DNA from: Promethearchaeota archaeon
GTDB taxonomy: Archaea > Asgardarchaeota > Hermodarchaeia > Hermodarchaeales > Hermodarchaeaceae
Reading direction: 5' to 3'
Length of the DNA: 28,689 nucleotides
Assembly (NCBI GenBank): GCA_048938295.1
Contig: JBHLMI010000023.1
Location: 1-28,689 of the forward strand
Positions 9,605 through 18,908 of the stretch are shown piece by piece (position 1 is the stretch's first letter; each line of letters begins with the position of its first letter). The notes under the pieces were generated by a model that was not told the origin of the DNA, made no database searches, and saw only the letters and a list, made by a program, of their open reading frames with translations. Made by a program: the position numbers and the translations under genes.

Positions 9605-9714
9605 AAAGCCTAGTCACCGTTGCCCACAAAGATGTTCTTGTATAAAAGCACTTGTTTTTATGCTAACATAAACGAGGTTTCATTCTAATCTTGTGAAGAG
9701 AACTGCTGATAAAC

Positions 9715-10518
9715 TTATTTTTTGAGAAGAGGCTGAAAAAAACGTCGAGTGGTTTCAATGAGCTTGTCTTCGGATAACGAAATGCAAATGGGACTTATTA
9801 CAATCTTTTTTTCTTTCAAGGAAAAGTAGACATCAGTTGCTTTTACTGGTTGAGGGTTCTCTTTTCCATGTATCCAATGATATTCCATTCCATGGGGATC
9901 TATGCGAGACTTTAGTCGATTGGTGAATCTTATCCTTTGAGGTTTGGCAACTTCGATGGGGGTGTTTGCATCTACATCAGCTGGAAAGCTTATGTTTAGA
10001 AAATCACTTCCTGCTGGCATACCCTTTTCTAGTATAAGATTAATAATCTCGCGAGTGTGTTTAGCTGCCTCCTTATAGTTCGCATCTGAATCTTGGGGAA
10101 TGAACCAAGTATTGCTCGGGGTTTCAATTGAAAAAGCAATAGCTGGAATTTTCCAGAGTGCGGCTTCTATGGCAGCTCCTACCGTGCCACTAGTTAGAAT
10201 GCTGTGTGCACTAACGTTCAAACCTAAATTAGGTCCTGATATCACCAAATCAACATCTGGGCAATAAGTTAGACACCAGGTAATGGCATCTCCTGGAGTT
10301 CCTGAGGACTCAATGATAGTTTGTTCTGCGAATTTGGGTCCTTTGAAGAATCGAATTGGTTCATTGAAAGAAATTGCTTTTGATATTCCACTCCGGGGGC
10401 GATCTGGCACAATGACTGTAAGTTTGTAATGGGGGAAAAGCTCTTCAATGAAAGAAGGCAACGCAGGTGAACGAGCCCCATCATCATTAGTAAAGAAGAT
10501 GTGAAATTGAGTCGTCAC
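9715..10518 (-). CDS. surE: 5'/3'-nucleotidase SurE
   Basis: TNDDG, SGTPGD, DLVISGPNLGLN and SGTVGAAIEA motifs. Confidence 0.93.
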   Translation of the reverse strand: MTTQFHIFFTNDDGARSPALPSFIEELFPHYKLTVIVPDRPRSGISKAISFNEPIRFFKGPKFAEQTIIESSGTPGDAITWCLTYCPDVDLVISGPNLGLNVSAHSILTSGTVGAAIEAALWKIPAIAFSIETPSNTWFIPQDSDANYKEAAKHTREIINLILEKGMPAGSDFLNISFPADVDANTPIEVAKPQRIRFTNRLKSRIDPHGMEYHWIHGKENPQPVKATDVYFSLKEKKIVISPICISLSEDKLIETTRRFFQPLLKK

Positions 10519-10590
10519 TTTAAATACAACTCCTATGCATCATTAGCCTCTTTTTTAATGTAAGAGCCGGAACATGTAAAAAGAGTATTA

Positions 10591-11253
10591 ATGCGTGAAA
10601 ACATCGAACGGGATAGGAAAAGGAATCCCATGTCATATTATTCAGGTATCGTTGAAGGCCCTGAAACAAGTCAAAAGCTTTTGGTTTGTCTGGCAACTCA
10701 TATTCAAGCACAAATGTTTCAGGGGAGTTTTATGACCCTAATTCATGCAGGTAATAGTGACTACATTCGCCTACTCCATATCTTGATTTCTAAGCTTCTC
10801 TTAAACAAACATCGAGTGTATGTTTTTGATTATCATCGACGGATTAAGCCCGTTTATCTTCAACAATTACTTTACGAAATCCCTGAAAAGATGAGAACGG
10901 TTCTCCAAAAGCTAACCATCCGCGTGATTCTCGATGAGAACCATGCACTAGATGAGCTTATGCAATTACAACGGCTGACGCCTTCTCGACGTCGACCACC
11001 TGCTCTCTTCTTCATTGACCCATCAAGTCTCTTTAGCCGTCTGAGAGGTGGTGTCAAGCAGTCTTCAGAGGGACTCCAATTCCAATATGAAGCTGCAATG
11101 GCATTCGCACAAAAAGGGTACTCTGTCGTCGTTTCGGATTTTGGTGGCCGCCATTTTCATCGTATTGAGTCAGTGGTTCCAGCTCAACTAGCTGAGCCAT
11201 CGACACTAATCCTTCAATTTCTTCCACGGCAAATACTGCTGTTTTCGAGTTAG
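10591..11253 (+). CDS. Hypothetical protein, probably a degenerate RecA/RadA-fold protein
   Basis: RVYVFD, LFFID (Walker B-like) and YSVVVSD occur in the order and spacing of the RadA/Rad51 core strands. No intact GxxxxGK[ST]. Confidence 0.45.
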   Translation: MRENIERDRKRNPMSYYSGIVEGPETSQKLLVCLATHIQAQMFQGSFMTLIHAGNSDYIRLLHILISKLLLNKHRVYVFDYHRRIKPVYLQQLLYEIPEKMRTVLQKLTIRVILDENHALDELMQLQRLTPSRRRPPALFFIDPSSLFSRLRGGVKQSSEGLQFQYEAAMAFAQKGYSVVVSDFGGRHFHRIESVVPAQLAEPSTLILQFLPRQILLFSS

Positions 11254-12299
11254 GATGAAGGTGCAACCTTCTCCATTGGTTGACCGCACTGAGTGCAGAA
11301 AGCTATCCCCGGTCTCCCTCTTTGTCCACAGTGTTGGCATACATTCCCTTCATCAGAAACTACTTCTTCGAATGGGATATATTGCGGTTGTTGTGGTTTT
11401 ACTTGTTTTTGCTGGTGCATATATTTCTCGTGTTGTTTTTCACGGTATGCCCCACGTGCTCCTGCAAAGAATGCAACCGAAAAGAGAGGAGTCAATGGCG
11501 CGACCATCGCTACTGGTATTTGGGTCAGGAGACTGAGGAGAAAGGGAGCTGCCAATCCAAGGGAAATTCCATAGAGGCTGAGAACAGTCTCTAAATTCAG
11601 ATAAAATGTCACACCCAGATGGCCAGCGAAAAGGTTTAGAATGAAGCTCAAAATCAGGGCTCCAAGAATGCGCCGCCAATGGTGAACCCGAAAATTAATA
11701 CTCAGAGTAAATGATTTTGTCAATGAAGACCCTCCAAGAACCAGAAAGATGGGTATGAAGAAAAAGAGGACTTGGATGACGGGAACGATGACTATAACGA
11801 TGCTAGCGGCAGTAAGACTCATTGCTGTGATTAGGGCCGCGAGTACTGTCGATAGTATTGGGAAGTGAAGCGTATTCGGGTCTGAAACTAATACGCGCAA
11901 GGATGGAACTTTCCTTAGCACGTGATACACTGCAAAAGTTCCGAGAATAAAGGTTCCAAAAAATATCACGAAATTTTGCACTAATCCCAGGGAAAAGCTG
12001 GCGATGAGAAGATCAAAAAAGAACAGATAATCGGGAACAGGAGCCAATAGTTCATTGGTGATCAGAATTTCAAAGGTTGCTATGGCGGAGTTAACGGGAA
12101 TCAGAATAATGGACAAGATAAATCCACTGATAAAAAATACGATAACTAGCCAACGGAACTGATGACGGAGGAGATAGATACTCCGCTTAAAGGCACCACC
12201 AAACGAGGTACTGGCTAACCAATCCTTCCCTTGAGCAGAAGACATGTCATTAGGTGTATGGGAAATTTGGTGTGTGTCTATGAGGTTAGACGATGACAT
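11250..12299 (-). CDS. Multi-pass membrane protein with a C-terminal double zinc ribbon
   Basis: Several TM segments, a Q/P-rich linker, then CQHCG...FCTQCG. GAGGAG SD upstream. Confidence 0.75.
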   Translation of the reverse strand: MSSSNLIDTHQISHTPNDMSSAQGKDWLASTSFGGAFKRSIYLLRHQFRWLVIVFFISGFILSIILIPVNSAIATFEILITNELLAPVPDYLFFFDLLIASFSLGLVQNFVIFFGTFILGTFAVYHVLRKVPSLRVLVSDPNTLHFPILSTVLAALITAMSLTAASIVIVIVPVIQVLFFFIPIFLVLGGSSLTKSFTLSINFRVHHWRRILGALILSFILNLFAGHLGVTFYLNLETVLSLYGISLGLAAPFLLSLLTQIPVAMVAPLTPLFSVAFFAGARGAYREKQHEKYMHQQKQVKPQQPQYIPFEEVVSDEGNVCQHCGQRGRPGIAFCTQCGQPMEKVAPSS

Positions 12300-12471
12300 T
12301 CATGCTCCTCAACAAGAGTTTGTGAAATACTTGCGGGAGAAACCATCTTAAACTTGATGGTGATTATCCTTGTTTAATAGGACAGTTTTGTAGAAAGAGA
12401 AAAAAGATAATTTAGTTATCAAGACACAGTTTTATCATCATTAGAGATTTTGGTCAATTGAGTGGATTTCT

Positions 12472-14025
12472 GTGCCAAAGCGACTAACTATCAATGATAC
12501 CTGGGTCCTCGAAAGGGAAGGATCGTTCAGTACAAACTTTTCCAGCTTTCTCAATAATATCACCGGCGGATTAAAACTGACTGATACTATAAAAGCCGGA
12601 TTAGATGTTGCTCGCACCATGACAGATTTCGGGGACACAGGTTTTGTTAAACCACTACTTGACAAAATATGGGGCACCTTGGGTGTAGATATTAAACCGG
12701 AATTGAGAGAGAAACTCCAGAAAAAGCTTGATCAAAGACAAAAGGAAGCTCAAAGAAAAATCGATGAGGCACAGAAAAAAACTCAAAAAAGGATTGAAGA
12801 AACTGTAGCAACAAAGGAAATCAAGATTAGAGTACTTGAAGATCGAATAGCTCAACATGAAGCCGATTTGGAAGCAATGGAAACGACCGTCGGACAACAA
12901 GTCGCCAGCCAATTGTTCAGCACCAAAATGGACTCCCTGGTAGCAGCTTTGTACTCAGTGGCAAAGGAACGGGGAATCACCAACGAGGAGATTTTAAACA
13001 TCATCAAAGCCCTCCCCGAGTTTGAAGCCCTCCTGTACATCATGAACGTCCGAAAATTCTATCGAGATCACACAGCTCATTCCCTGCGTGTTGCAGCACT
13101 TGGCGATTTTCTCCTAGACAAAGAGGGATTCGCTGGCGGATTAGAAGAGCTAATCAAGGAGAAACTAAACTTTACAAAAGAAGAAGTGAGAACAACCTGG
13201 TGGTTCACTGGGTTGCTTCATGATATTGGAACACCCTTAGCGAAGCTTTTCAGTTCTCTAAACTGGTCAATGATCAATGAAATGACCCGCTGCTATTCAT
13301 CTTTAGGCATGGAATTCTCTCCCCTTGAAATCAATGTGAATCATCCAGAATTAGGGAATACAGATTATCTACAAATCCTCTGTGAAGGCTATCCCCAATC
13401 CTGGCAAAAAATAATCACGAGCGGTCTTGGAGTAACTATACACACTCCTGATACCTTTCGGTATTCAGCACAGAGTAAAAAACACGCTGAATACAAACCA
13501 ACTTCAACCCGAATCGATCACGGCGTTGTTGCTGCAGTTGCTTTACTTCGCACCCTAGGACCACCTGATCAAGTTTCAAAAGACCAGCCAGAAAATCACC
13601 CCCTCATTGAAGCCGCTCGTGTGATTGCCCTGCATGATAACATCGAGAAATTAGGCCCGCTTCGCTTCGAAGAGTATCCCCTCCTCTTTCTCCTTGCGAT
13701 ATGTGATGAATTACAAGAATGGGGTCGTCCAATTCCCGTCTCCTCTGAAGAGGGGTATTTCACAACATCGCTTCAGAAAGTCACCCTTACTGATGCGATT
13801 TTCCACGAGACATCACTCGAGCTATGGGACATCCCCTTCACTAACGCCCAGGCAAAGAGCCTCATGGGGTTTGATTTCGATCGGCTCCATAACGACAAAG
13901 AAACCAAACTTCGGGGACTCGACTGCACCGAACAGTTCCCTGAAACTGACCTGCTGTTAATCGACTATGATAAAGATGCTTCAAAGATTGAAGATAAATA
14001 CGAAATTAAAATCAAGTCCCTATGA
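12472..14025 (+). CDS. HD-superfamily metal-dependent phosphohydrolase with an N-terminal coiled coil
   Basis: DHTAHSLRV, LLHDIG, IDHG, ALHD and ICDELQEWGRP. K/E/Q-rich heptad region at about aa 75-140. Confidence 0.75.
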   Translation: MPKRLTINDTWVLEREGSFSTNFSSFLNNITGGLKLTDTIKAGLDVARTMTDFGDTGFVKPLLDKIWGTLGVDIKPELREKLQKKLDQRQKEAQRKIDEAQKKTQKRIEETVATKEIKIRVLEDRIAQHEADLEAMETTVGQQVASQLFSTKMDSLVAALYSVAKERGITNEEILNIIKALPEFEALLYIMNVRKFYRDHTAHSLRVAALGDFLLDKEGFAGGLEELIKEKLNFTKEEVRTTWWFTGLLHDIGTPLAKLFSSLNWSMINEMTRCYSSLGMEFSPLEINVNHPELGNTDYLQILCEGYPQSWQKIITSGLGVTIHTPDTFRYSAQSKKHAEYKPTSTRIDHGVVAAVALLRTLGPPDQVSKDQPENHPLIEAARVIALHDNIEKLGPLRFEEYPLLFLLAICDELQEWGRPIPVSSEEGYFTTSLQKVTLTDAIFHETSLELWDIPFTNAQAKSLMGFDFDRLHNDKETKLRGLDCTEQFPETDLLLIDYDKDASKIEDKYEIKIKSL

Positions 14026-14595
14026 GGCAAAAGAAGAATAAATGAAAGGGTGCAGCTTCTCCCTTAACTCTGCTAGCCGATTATATATTAACAGACGAGT
14101 CACTTGATCAAAGAGCTCTCCTACATTCTCACCGGACCGGGCTGAAGTCTCAAAGTAGTTATCAAATTCAAGATTAATATGGCGTTGGTAGGCTTCAGCC
14201 ATTGAAATCACTCGCTTCGATGCTAAGTCGACTTTATTTCCAACGAGCACACTCGGAGTCTCATCAGGTACAGCTTGACGGAAAGCTTGCAACCATCCTT
14301 CAACATTATCAAAAGTTTCTGCACGGGTCAAATCGAAGGTGACAATGACGGCATCGCTGCCTAAGAAATAGAGCTTCCGGACACTCTCGAACCGCGGCTG
14401 ACCCGCGAGGTCCCAAATAACCAAGCGAATAAGCACATCGCCAACCACGATTTCTGAGCAGTTGAGTTGAGTACCAATAGACATCTTATAATCGTGATCG
14501 AAGGTCTTGTCAATGAATCGGGTAATGATGCTGGTCTTACCGACCATCGGGTCCCCAATGATTACTAGCTTGAAAGTGTGCTCATTCATTGACAT
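14020..14595 (-). CDS. Rab-like small GTPase
   Basis: G1 GDPMVGKTS, G3 WDLAGQ, G4 NKVD, G5 ETSA. No C-terminal prenylation Cys. Its stop overlaps the convergent HD gene stop. Confidence 0.92.
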   Translation of the reverse strand: MSMNEHTFKLVIIGDPMVGKTSIITRFIDKTFDHDYKMSIGTQLNCSEIVVGDVLIRLVIWDLAGQPRFESVRKLYFLGSDAVIVTFDLTRAETFDNVEGWLQAFRQAVPDETPSVLVGNKVDLASKRVISMAEAYQRHINLEFDNYFETSARSGENVGELFDQVTRLLIYNRLAELREKLHPFIYSSFAS

Positions 14596-14868
14596 GGGGA
14601 GTCGCTCGCTTTTCTCGCCTTGCTTTTTTATTCATTTGGGCTCGAAATTTAAAGGATGTTAATACGAACTACCCAAATCGTGAAGTTCCCTAAATGACTT
14701 TTCCTCGCATTACGTCGGTATTTCGCGCTGGTCTAGCCCGGAAGAAACCAGAATCATACTGGATTCAGATGTAAATAAACGCGCAAAAACGCAAATAGCT
14801 CTTCAAGGGTTTAGGATTGCGAAATATTTAAGCTGAAAAAGTCGTAGTGCCATGCAGGAGCGTCAACA

Positions 14869-16227
14869 GTGACTATACAAATTGATGATGCCGGATGGGG
14901 TGATCCGGTCGGTGGTGTAATCATTGGAGTCTATCGAGTCGAAACTAGCGAATATGTCTCGAAGGAGATCGAAGTCACCCACTTTCAAAGAACGAATTTC
15001 ACGAAAAAGACGTTTCTCGTGCGTGGTCTTGAATTAGTCCTAAAGGCTCTTAACTGCCTACAAGTCTCAAAGGAAGAACCACTTGAAATCTGTCGAGGGG
15101 CAGTTCTTGATGGAGTCCGGGAGGGACTACAAAAAAGAGGCTACGAGGTTATTCCAACCAAAATTGAAGGTCAACTGCAAGAATTGGTTGAAGCCACTTT
15201 TGTGACCTCATTAGAACGACTTGGTCTCAACGATATCCCTAGGGTGAGTGGAAAAGAACGCTTTTTTCGCCAGTTGGAATGGATTCAAGCAGACCTCAAG
15301 CACCGAGAGCATTATGTGAAAACCGGTTGGAAAAACTGGGAAAAGAAGCTCCGGACTTGGCGGCCAAAATGGCGCCAACCTCAACGTCAGAACTTCGACC
15401 CACCAGTTATTATCAAACTGGGTGGGAGTATTATCTCCGATAAATCCAAGCGGTCAACTCCTCGCCTTGACACCATTAAATTGTTAGCTAAAGAGATTTC
15501 AGCAGTGAAATCACATCCAGTGGTGGTCGTGCATGGTGGTGGCTCTTATGGACATTTTCCCGCTAAAGAGTATGAGGTTCATCGGGGGGGACGCACACGG
15601 AAAAAGAAAGTAGGCGTGACTGAAACCGCTCTCGAAATGACAAACTTGGGTTATCTTATTCATAGCGCCTTCCTCGAAATTCAACAACCAGTAATTCCTA
15701 TTCGCTCATCTTCTATCATCGTCACACTCGACGGACGCATCTCTCATATGGACCTTCAAGCCCTGCAAGAATTCTTACGGCAGGGATTCATTCCGATTCT
15801 AGCAGGGGATGTTGCTGCCGATACGGTGAAAGGATTCACCATCATTAGTGGCGATCAAATCTCCATGTATTTAGCTCGGCTATTAGATTCGCAAACGGTC
15901 ATTTTCGCTACTGATGTCGATGGATTATACACCGCGGATCCCAAAGAAGATCCCAAAGCTCGCCGAATTGATCTCATCACACCCGAAACCCTTAATCACG
16001 TATTCGATCAAATTGCTGTGGGAGCTGCACAGAACGCGGCAGATGTAACCGAAGGTATGCGAGGCAAACTCACAGAAATTTTCAAAGGCCTTCCGAAGGG
16101 CTGTGAGGTCATTATCACCGATATTCGTAAACCTGGAACCCTGAATCGAATCTTAACAGGAAAACCTATTCCGGCAACCCGGCTTCGCCACAGTAATACC
16201 TCGCACACTCCTGTCAAACAAAAATAA
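14869..16227 (+). CDS. Fusion of an uncharacterised N-terminal domain (RNase H-like first strand) and a C-terminal isopentenyl phosphate kinase
   Basis: The C-terminal part has IKLGGS, HGGGSYGH (IPK catalytic His), GDVA, ISGDQI, TDVDG and DVTEGMRGK. The N-terminal about 165 aa starts IQIDDAGWGDPVGG. CAGGAG SD upstream of the GTG start. Confidence 0.8.
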   Translation: MTIQIDDAGWGDPVGGVIIGVYRVETSEYVSKEIEVTHFQRTNFTKKTFLVRGLELVLKALNCLQVSKEEPLEICRGAVLDGVREGLQKRGYEVIPTKIEGQLQELVEATFVTSLERLGLNDIPRVSGKERFFRQLEWIQADLKHREHYVKTGWKNWEKKLRTWRPKWRQPQRQNFDPPVIIKLGGSIISDKSKRSTPRLDTIKLLAKEISAVKSHPVVVVHGGGSYGHFPAKEYEVHRGGRTRKKKVGVTETALEMTNLGYLIHSAFLEIQQPVIPIRSSSIIVTLDGRISHMDLQALQEFLRQGFIPILAGDVAADTVKGFTIISGDQISMYLARLLDSQTVIFATDVDGLYTADPKEDPKARRIDLITPETLNHVFDQIAVGAAQNAADVTEGMRGKLTEIFKGLPKGCEVIITDIRKPGTLNRILTGKPIPATRLRHSNTSHTPVKQK

Positions 16228-16272
16228 TAATCAATCTGGTCTTAGAAATGGTTCCAGCAGGTCTGATGTGAT

Positions 16273-16929
16273 ATGTTTTCATTTACCTACTACGGGTATG
16301 CGGCTATTCTTGTACAATTCGAAAAACACATACTCTTCGATCCTGGTATCATTGATAAGACTCCGCTAGTCGCAGTTAACCAGGTCAAAACCTCATACAT
16401 CATCGTTACACATGAACCCGATGAGCACTTTGGTAATGCGGTCGAGTTTGCCAACCAAAAAGGAAGCATACTCATTGGAAACAGTGATGTTCGTGACCGC
16501 GCACGAAAAGCAGGCATCTATGGGTACGCTTTCACGGAAATAACCATGGACTCACCGCTAGATATCGGGGCAGACATCCAAATCACAGCATACAACGCAC
16601 CACGCGGAGGATTCCTAGCCCCTCAAAATACAGCATACTTAGTTACGAGTAAGCAGGGGTCAGTTTTGCATATGGGTCATCCTAAAGAGGTGGGGATACT
16701 GGAGGGCTTGAAACCGGACCTGTTATGCCTCCCCATTGCTGGTAAAAAACATGGAACCCTATCGCCTGAAGAAGCGGTAAAGGCAACCTCAGCTATCCAT
16801 CCTCGATATGCTTTCCCCATAAGTGGGTCAGGAACCCAAACCCACCAGTTCATGGCTTTACTAGTAGAACAAAATCCAAATGTTACCCCAGTGTCTTTAG
16901 CTCCAGGTCAGTCCTTTACATTGGTCTAA
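16273..16929 (+). CDS. Metallo-beta-lactamase-fold protein (UPF0173/UlaG-like) with a degenerate metal site
   Basis: YYGYAAILV..ILFDPG, THEPDEH in place of HxHxDH, PDLLCLPI, and SPEEAVKA...P. Confidence 0.7.
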   Translation: MFSFTYYGYAAILVQFEKHILFDPGIIDKTPLVAVNQVKTSYIIVTHEPDEHFGNAVEFANQKGSILIGNSDVRDRARKAGIYGYAFTEITMDSPLDIGADIQITAYNAPRGGFLAPQNTAYLVTSKQGSVLHMGHPKEVGILEGLKPDLLCLPIAGKKHGTLSPEEAVKATSAIHPRYAFPISGSGTQTHQFMALLVEQNPNVTPVSLAPGQSFTLV

Positions 16930-16944
16930 TACCTTCGGTTTTTT

Positions 16945-17763
16945 CTAAGGCTTCAAGAGTCTGTGGTATAAATCCACACGTCGATCTGTGATGATATTAT
17001 TTGTATGAGTAAGCATTTTGTTTTGGGCCTGGCGTGGGTTAATTTCTGCAACAATGATCCCTGTGCGATCTTTACCACCCCGAGCAAGTATCTTGCCTTG
17101 TATATCGGTGATTTGACTTCGTCCGGTGAACGTCAATGTTCTTTCTGTTCCAATTCGGTTGGCAAGGATCGTAAAGATGCGATTTTCAATACTCCTCGCT
17201 ATCATGGTTCGTTGTGCGTATGGGAGAACCAGATTTGCAGGTAGGCATAATATTTCACATCCTTCCAACATGAGAATTCGTGTAACTTCTGGAAATGCCC
17301 AATCAAAACACACCAAGACTCCTATAATTGCCTTGCCAAGGTTCCAAACCTTAGGTGGGTCATTTCCAGCGTGAAACCATTCCTTTTCTCGAGCGAAAAG
17401 GTGTATCTTCCGATACTTCCCTACATAACCTCGTGGGTCGATGATCACAGAGGAATTGAATGCCTTGTTCGGGCCTTCCCTTTCAGCGATTCCCATAACC
17501 AATGTTAATTGATATTGATCCGCTAGCTTGATCAAAGAGGTTGTAGTGGGGCCATCGGGGATTGATTCAGCCAGATTAAAGACTTGATCCTTTGAAGTGA
17601 AGTTATACCCCGAAATACATAATTCGGGAAAAACAAGCAAGTCAACATCTTGTTTGCCCGCTCTCTTACAATACCGTTTGACTAGAACTCGGTTTTTCTC
17701 TGGTTGAGCAAACCGGGGATGCATTTGTGCTGCAGCTACCTTCATATTGTTCACGCTCTTCAT
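16945..17763 (-). CDS. Nitrilase-superfamily carbon-nitrogen hydrolase
   Basis: Glu-Lys-Cys triad in FPEL, YRKIHLF and VCFDW; also ARSIEN and ANRIG. Confidence 0.92.
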   Translation of the reverse strand: MKSVNNMKVAAAQMHPRFAQPEKNRVLVKRYCKRAGKQDVDLLVFPELCISGYNFTSKDQVFNLAESIPDGPTTTSLIKLADQYQLTLVMGIAEREGPNKAFNSSVIIDPRGYVGKYRKIHLFAREKEWFHAGNDPPKVWNLGKAIIGVLVCFDWAFPEVTRILMLEGCEILCLPANLVLPYAQRTMIARSIENRIFTILANRIGTERTLTFTGRSQITDIQGKILARGGKDRTGIIVAEINPRQAQNKMLTHTNNIITDRRVDLYHRLLKP

Positions 17764-17777
17764 ACTTCTGTTTCATT

Positions 17778-17791
17778 CTGAAATATTTCAG
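17778..17791. promoter_or_regulatory. Perfect 14-bp palindrome CTGAAATATTTCAG (candidate operator)
   Basis: Lies 15 nt upstream of the nitrilase start, in the divergent intergenic region. Confidence 0.3.
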
Positions 17792-17935
17792 GATTCCTAC
17801 CGAGTTTGATAGTGCTATTGGTGCAAAGAATTCCCTTCCCACACCTACTTTCTAGGACATTTCTTCAGCTTCGCTTTGGACCTTTAAGTAGGCTAAGCAG
17901 ATTCGTCATGCAGTGGCTAGCTAGCGGAGTAAATC

Positions 17936-18901
17936 ATGATGGCTGCTATTTGTAAAATTCAAACAGAGCTAGAGCAGCTTCGCGGCATCAGAGGTGTAGA
18001 AAACTGCTTTCTCGCCCAGCGCGATGGATACCCCATAACTAGCGCTGGCCTTTGGTTGTCTGCGGATGAAATTTTCGGCATTTCAGCTGCTGCATCTGCC
18101 ATCAATGCTGTGGCTCGACGTCTCTACAGCACTCTCAATTATATCCTTGTAGAAGGTGAACAGGTAAAATTCCTCGTGGTTGCCATTCCAGAAAATGATG
18201 AGTTCTTCTTATCGTTAACCACCCGGATCCACGCAAATTTGGGCGTCATCCTCCAGGCCCTTAGCCGCTGTACTCAGAAAATCTCTCCTCATCTTCTCAA
18301 TGCAGGGTCGCTGCCCCCACTCCGACGCTACTCTCAGGACCAGGAAGCATCGATCATGGATCGATTTCAAGCACAGGAAAAACCCATCCATGCACAAAGT
18401 CCTTCACTCCGTTCCCTTGCACTTGTGCTAACGAAATCCATGATGGTAAAGCTTCGAGCGCTCTTAGTGGATTTTACCAATCTCATGGATGGCGCCCATC
18501 CCACTTTCATCTCACTGAACGGTGGTTACCCAATTGCTCCTGAAAATCAGCTTGGGTACTCGACCAGTAGTTTAAGCGCATTCACCTATGCTCTCTATGA
18601 CACTTGCCGAAAGGTCGCCTGGATAACTAAGCGCACCAGCATTAACCAGATCACCATCGACATTGGCTCACACCATCATTTCATCTATAACACTGGAACG
18701 GGGATTTTCAGCACAACTCTGCAGAAAAGCAACTGCCGCCTAGGATATCTTCGACTTCTTATCCCTACTTACACAACACGTATCGAAGAAACCCTGACTG
18801 AAGCGTCGCAGACCTTTGAAAAACCAAAAATACAGCAGCCAATGAACAGATTTCTCAATGGCTTTTTTTCCACTTTTCAACGACAAGCCTTGACAGGTTG
18901 A
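17936..18901 (+). CDS. Tandem roadblock/LC7 (MglB-like) domain protein
   Basis: Two related units with the GYPI motif (FLAQRDGYPI; FISLNGGYPI), each followed by a helix, beta strands and a terminal NLG/RLG helix. Directly upstream of an MglA GTPase. Confidence 0.75.
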   Translation: MMAAICKIQTELEQLRGIRGVENCFLAQRDGYPITSAGLWLSADEIFGISAAASAINAVARRLYSTLNYILVEGEQVKFLVVAIPENDEFFLSLTTRIHANLGVILQALSRCTQKISPHLLNAGSLPPLRRYSQDQEASIMDRFQAQEKPIHAQSPSLRSLALVLTKSMMVKLRALLVDFTNLMDGAHPTFISLNGGYPIAPENQLGYSTSSLSAFTYALYDTCRKVAWITKRTSINQITIDIGSHHHFIYNTGTGIFSTTLQKSNCRLGYLRLLIPTYTTRIEETLTEASQTFEKPKIQQPMNRFLNGFFSTFQRQALTG

Positions 18902-18908
18902 TATCAAG

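Noticed and set aside
10654-10680. GPETSQK as a RecA-like Walker A motif
   Set aside because: It lacks the GK[ST] glycine and hydroxyl residue, and lies about 25 residues upstream of where the P-loop should fall relative to the other motifs.
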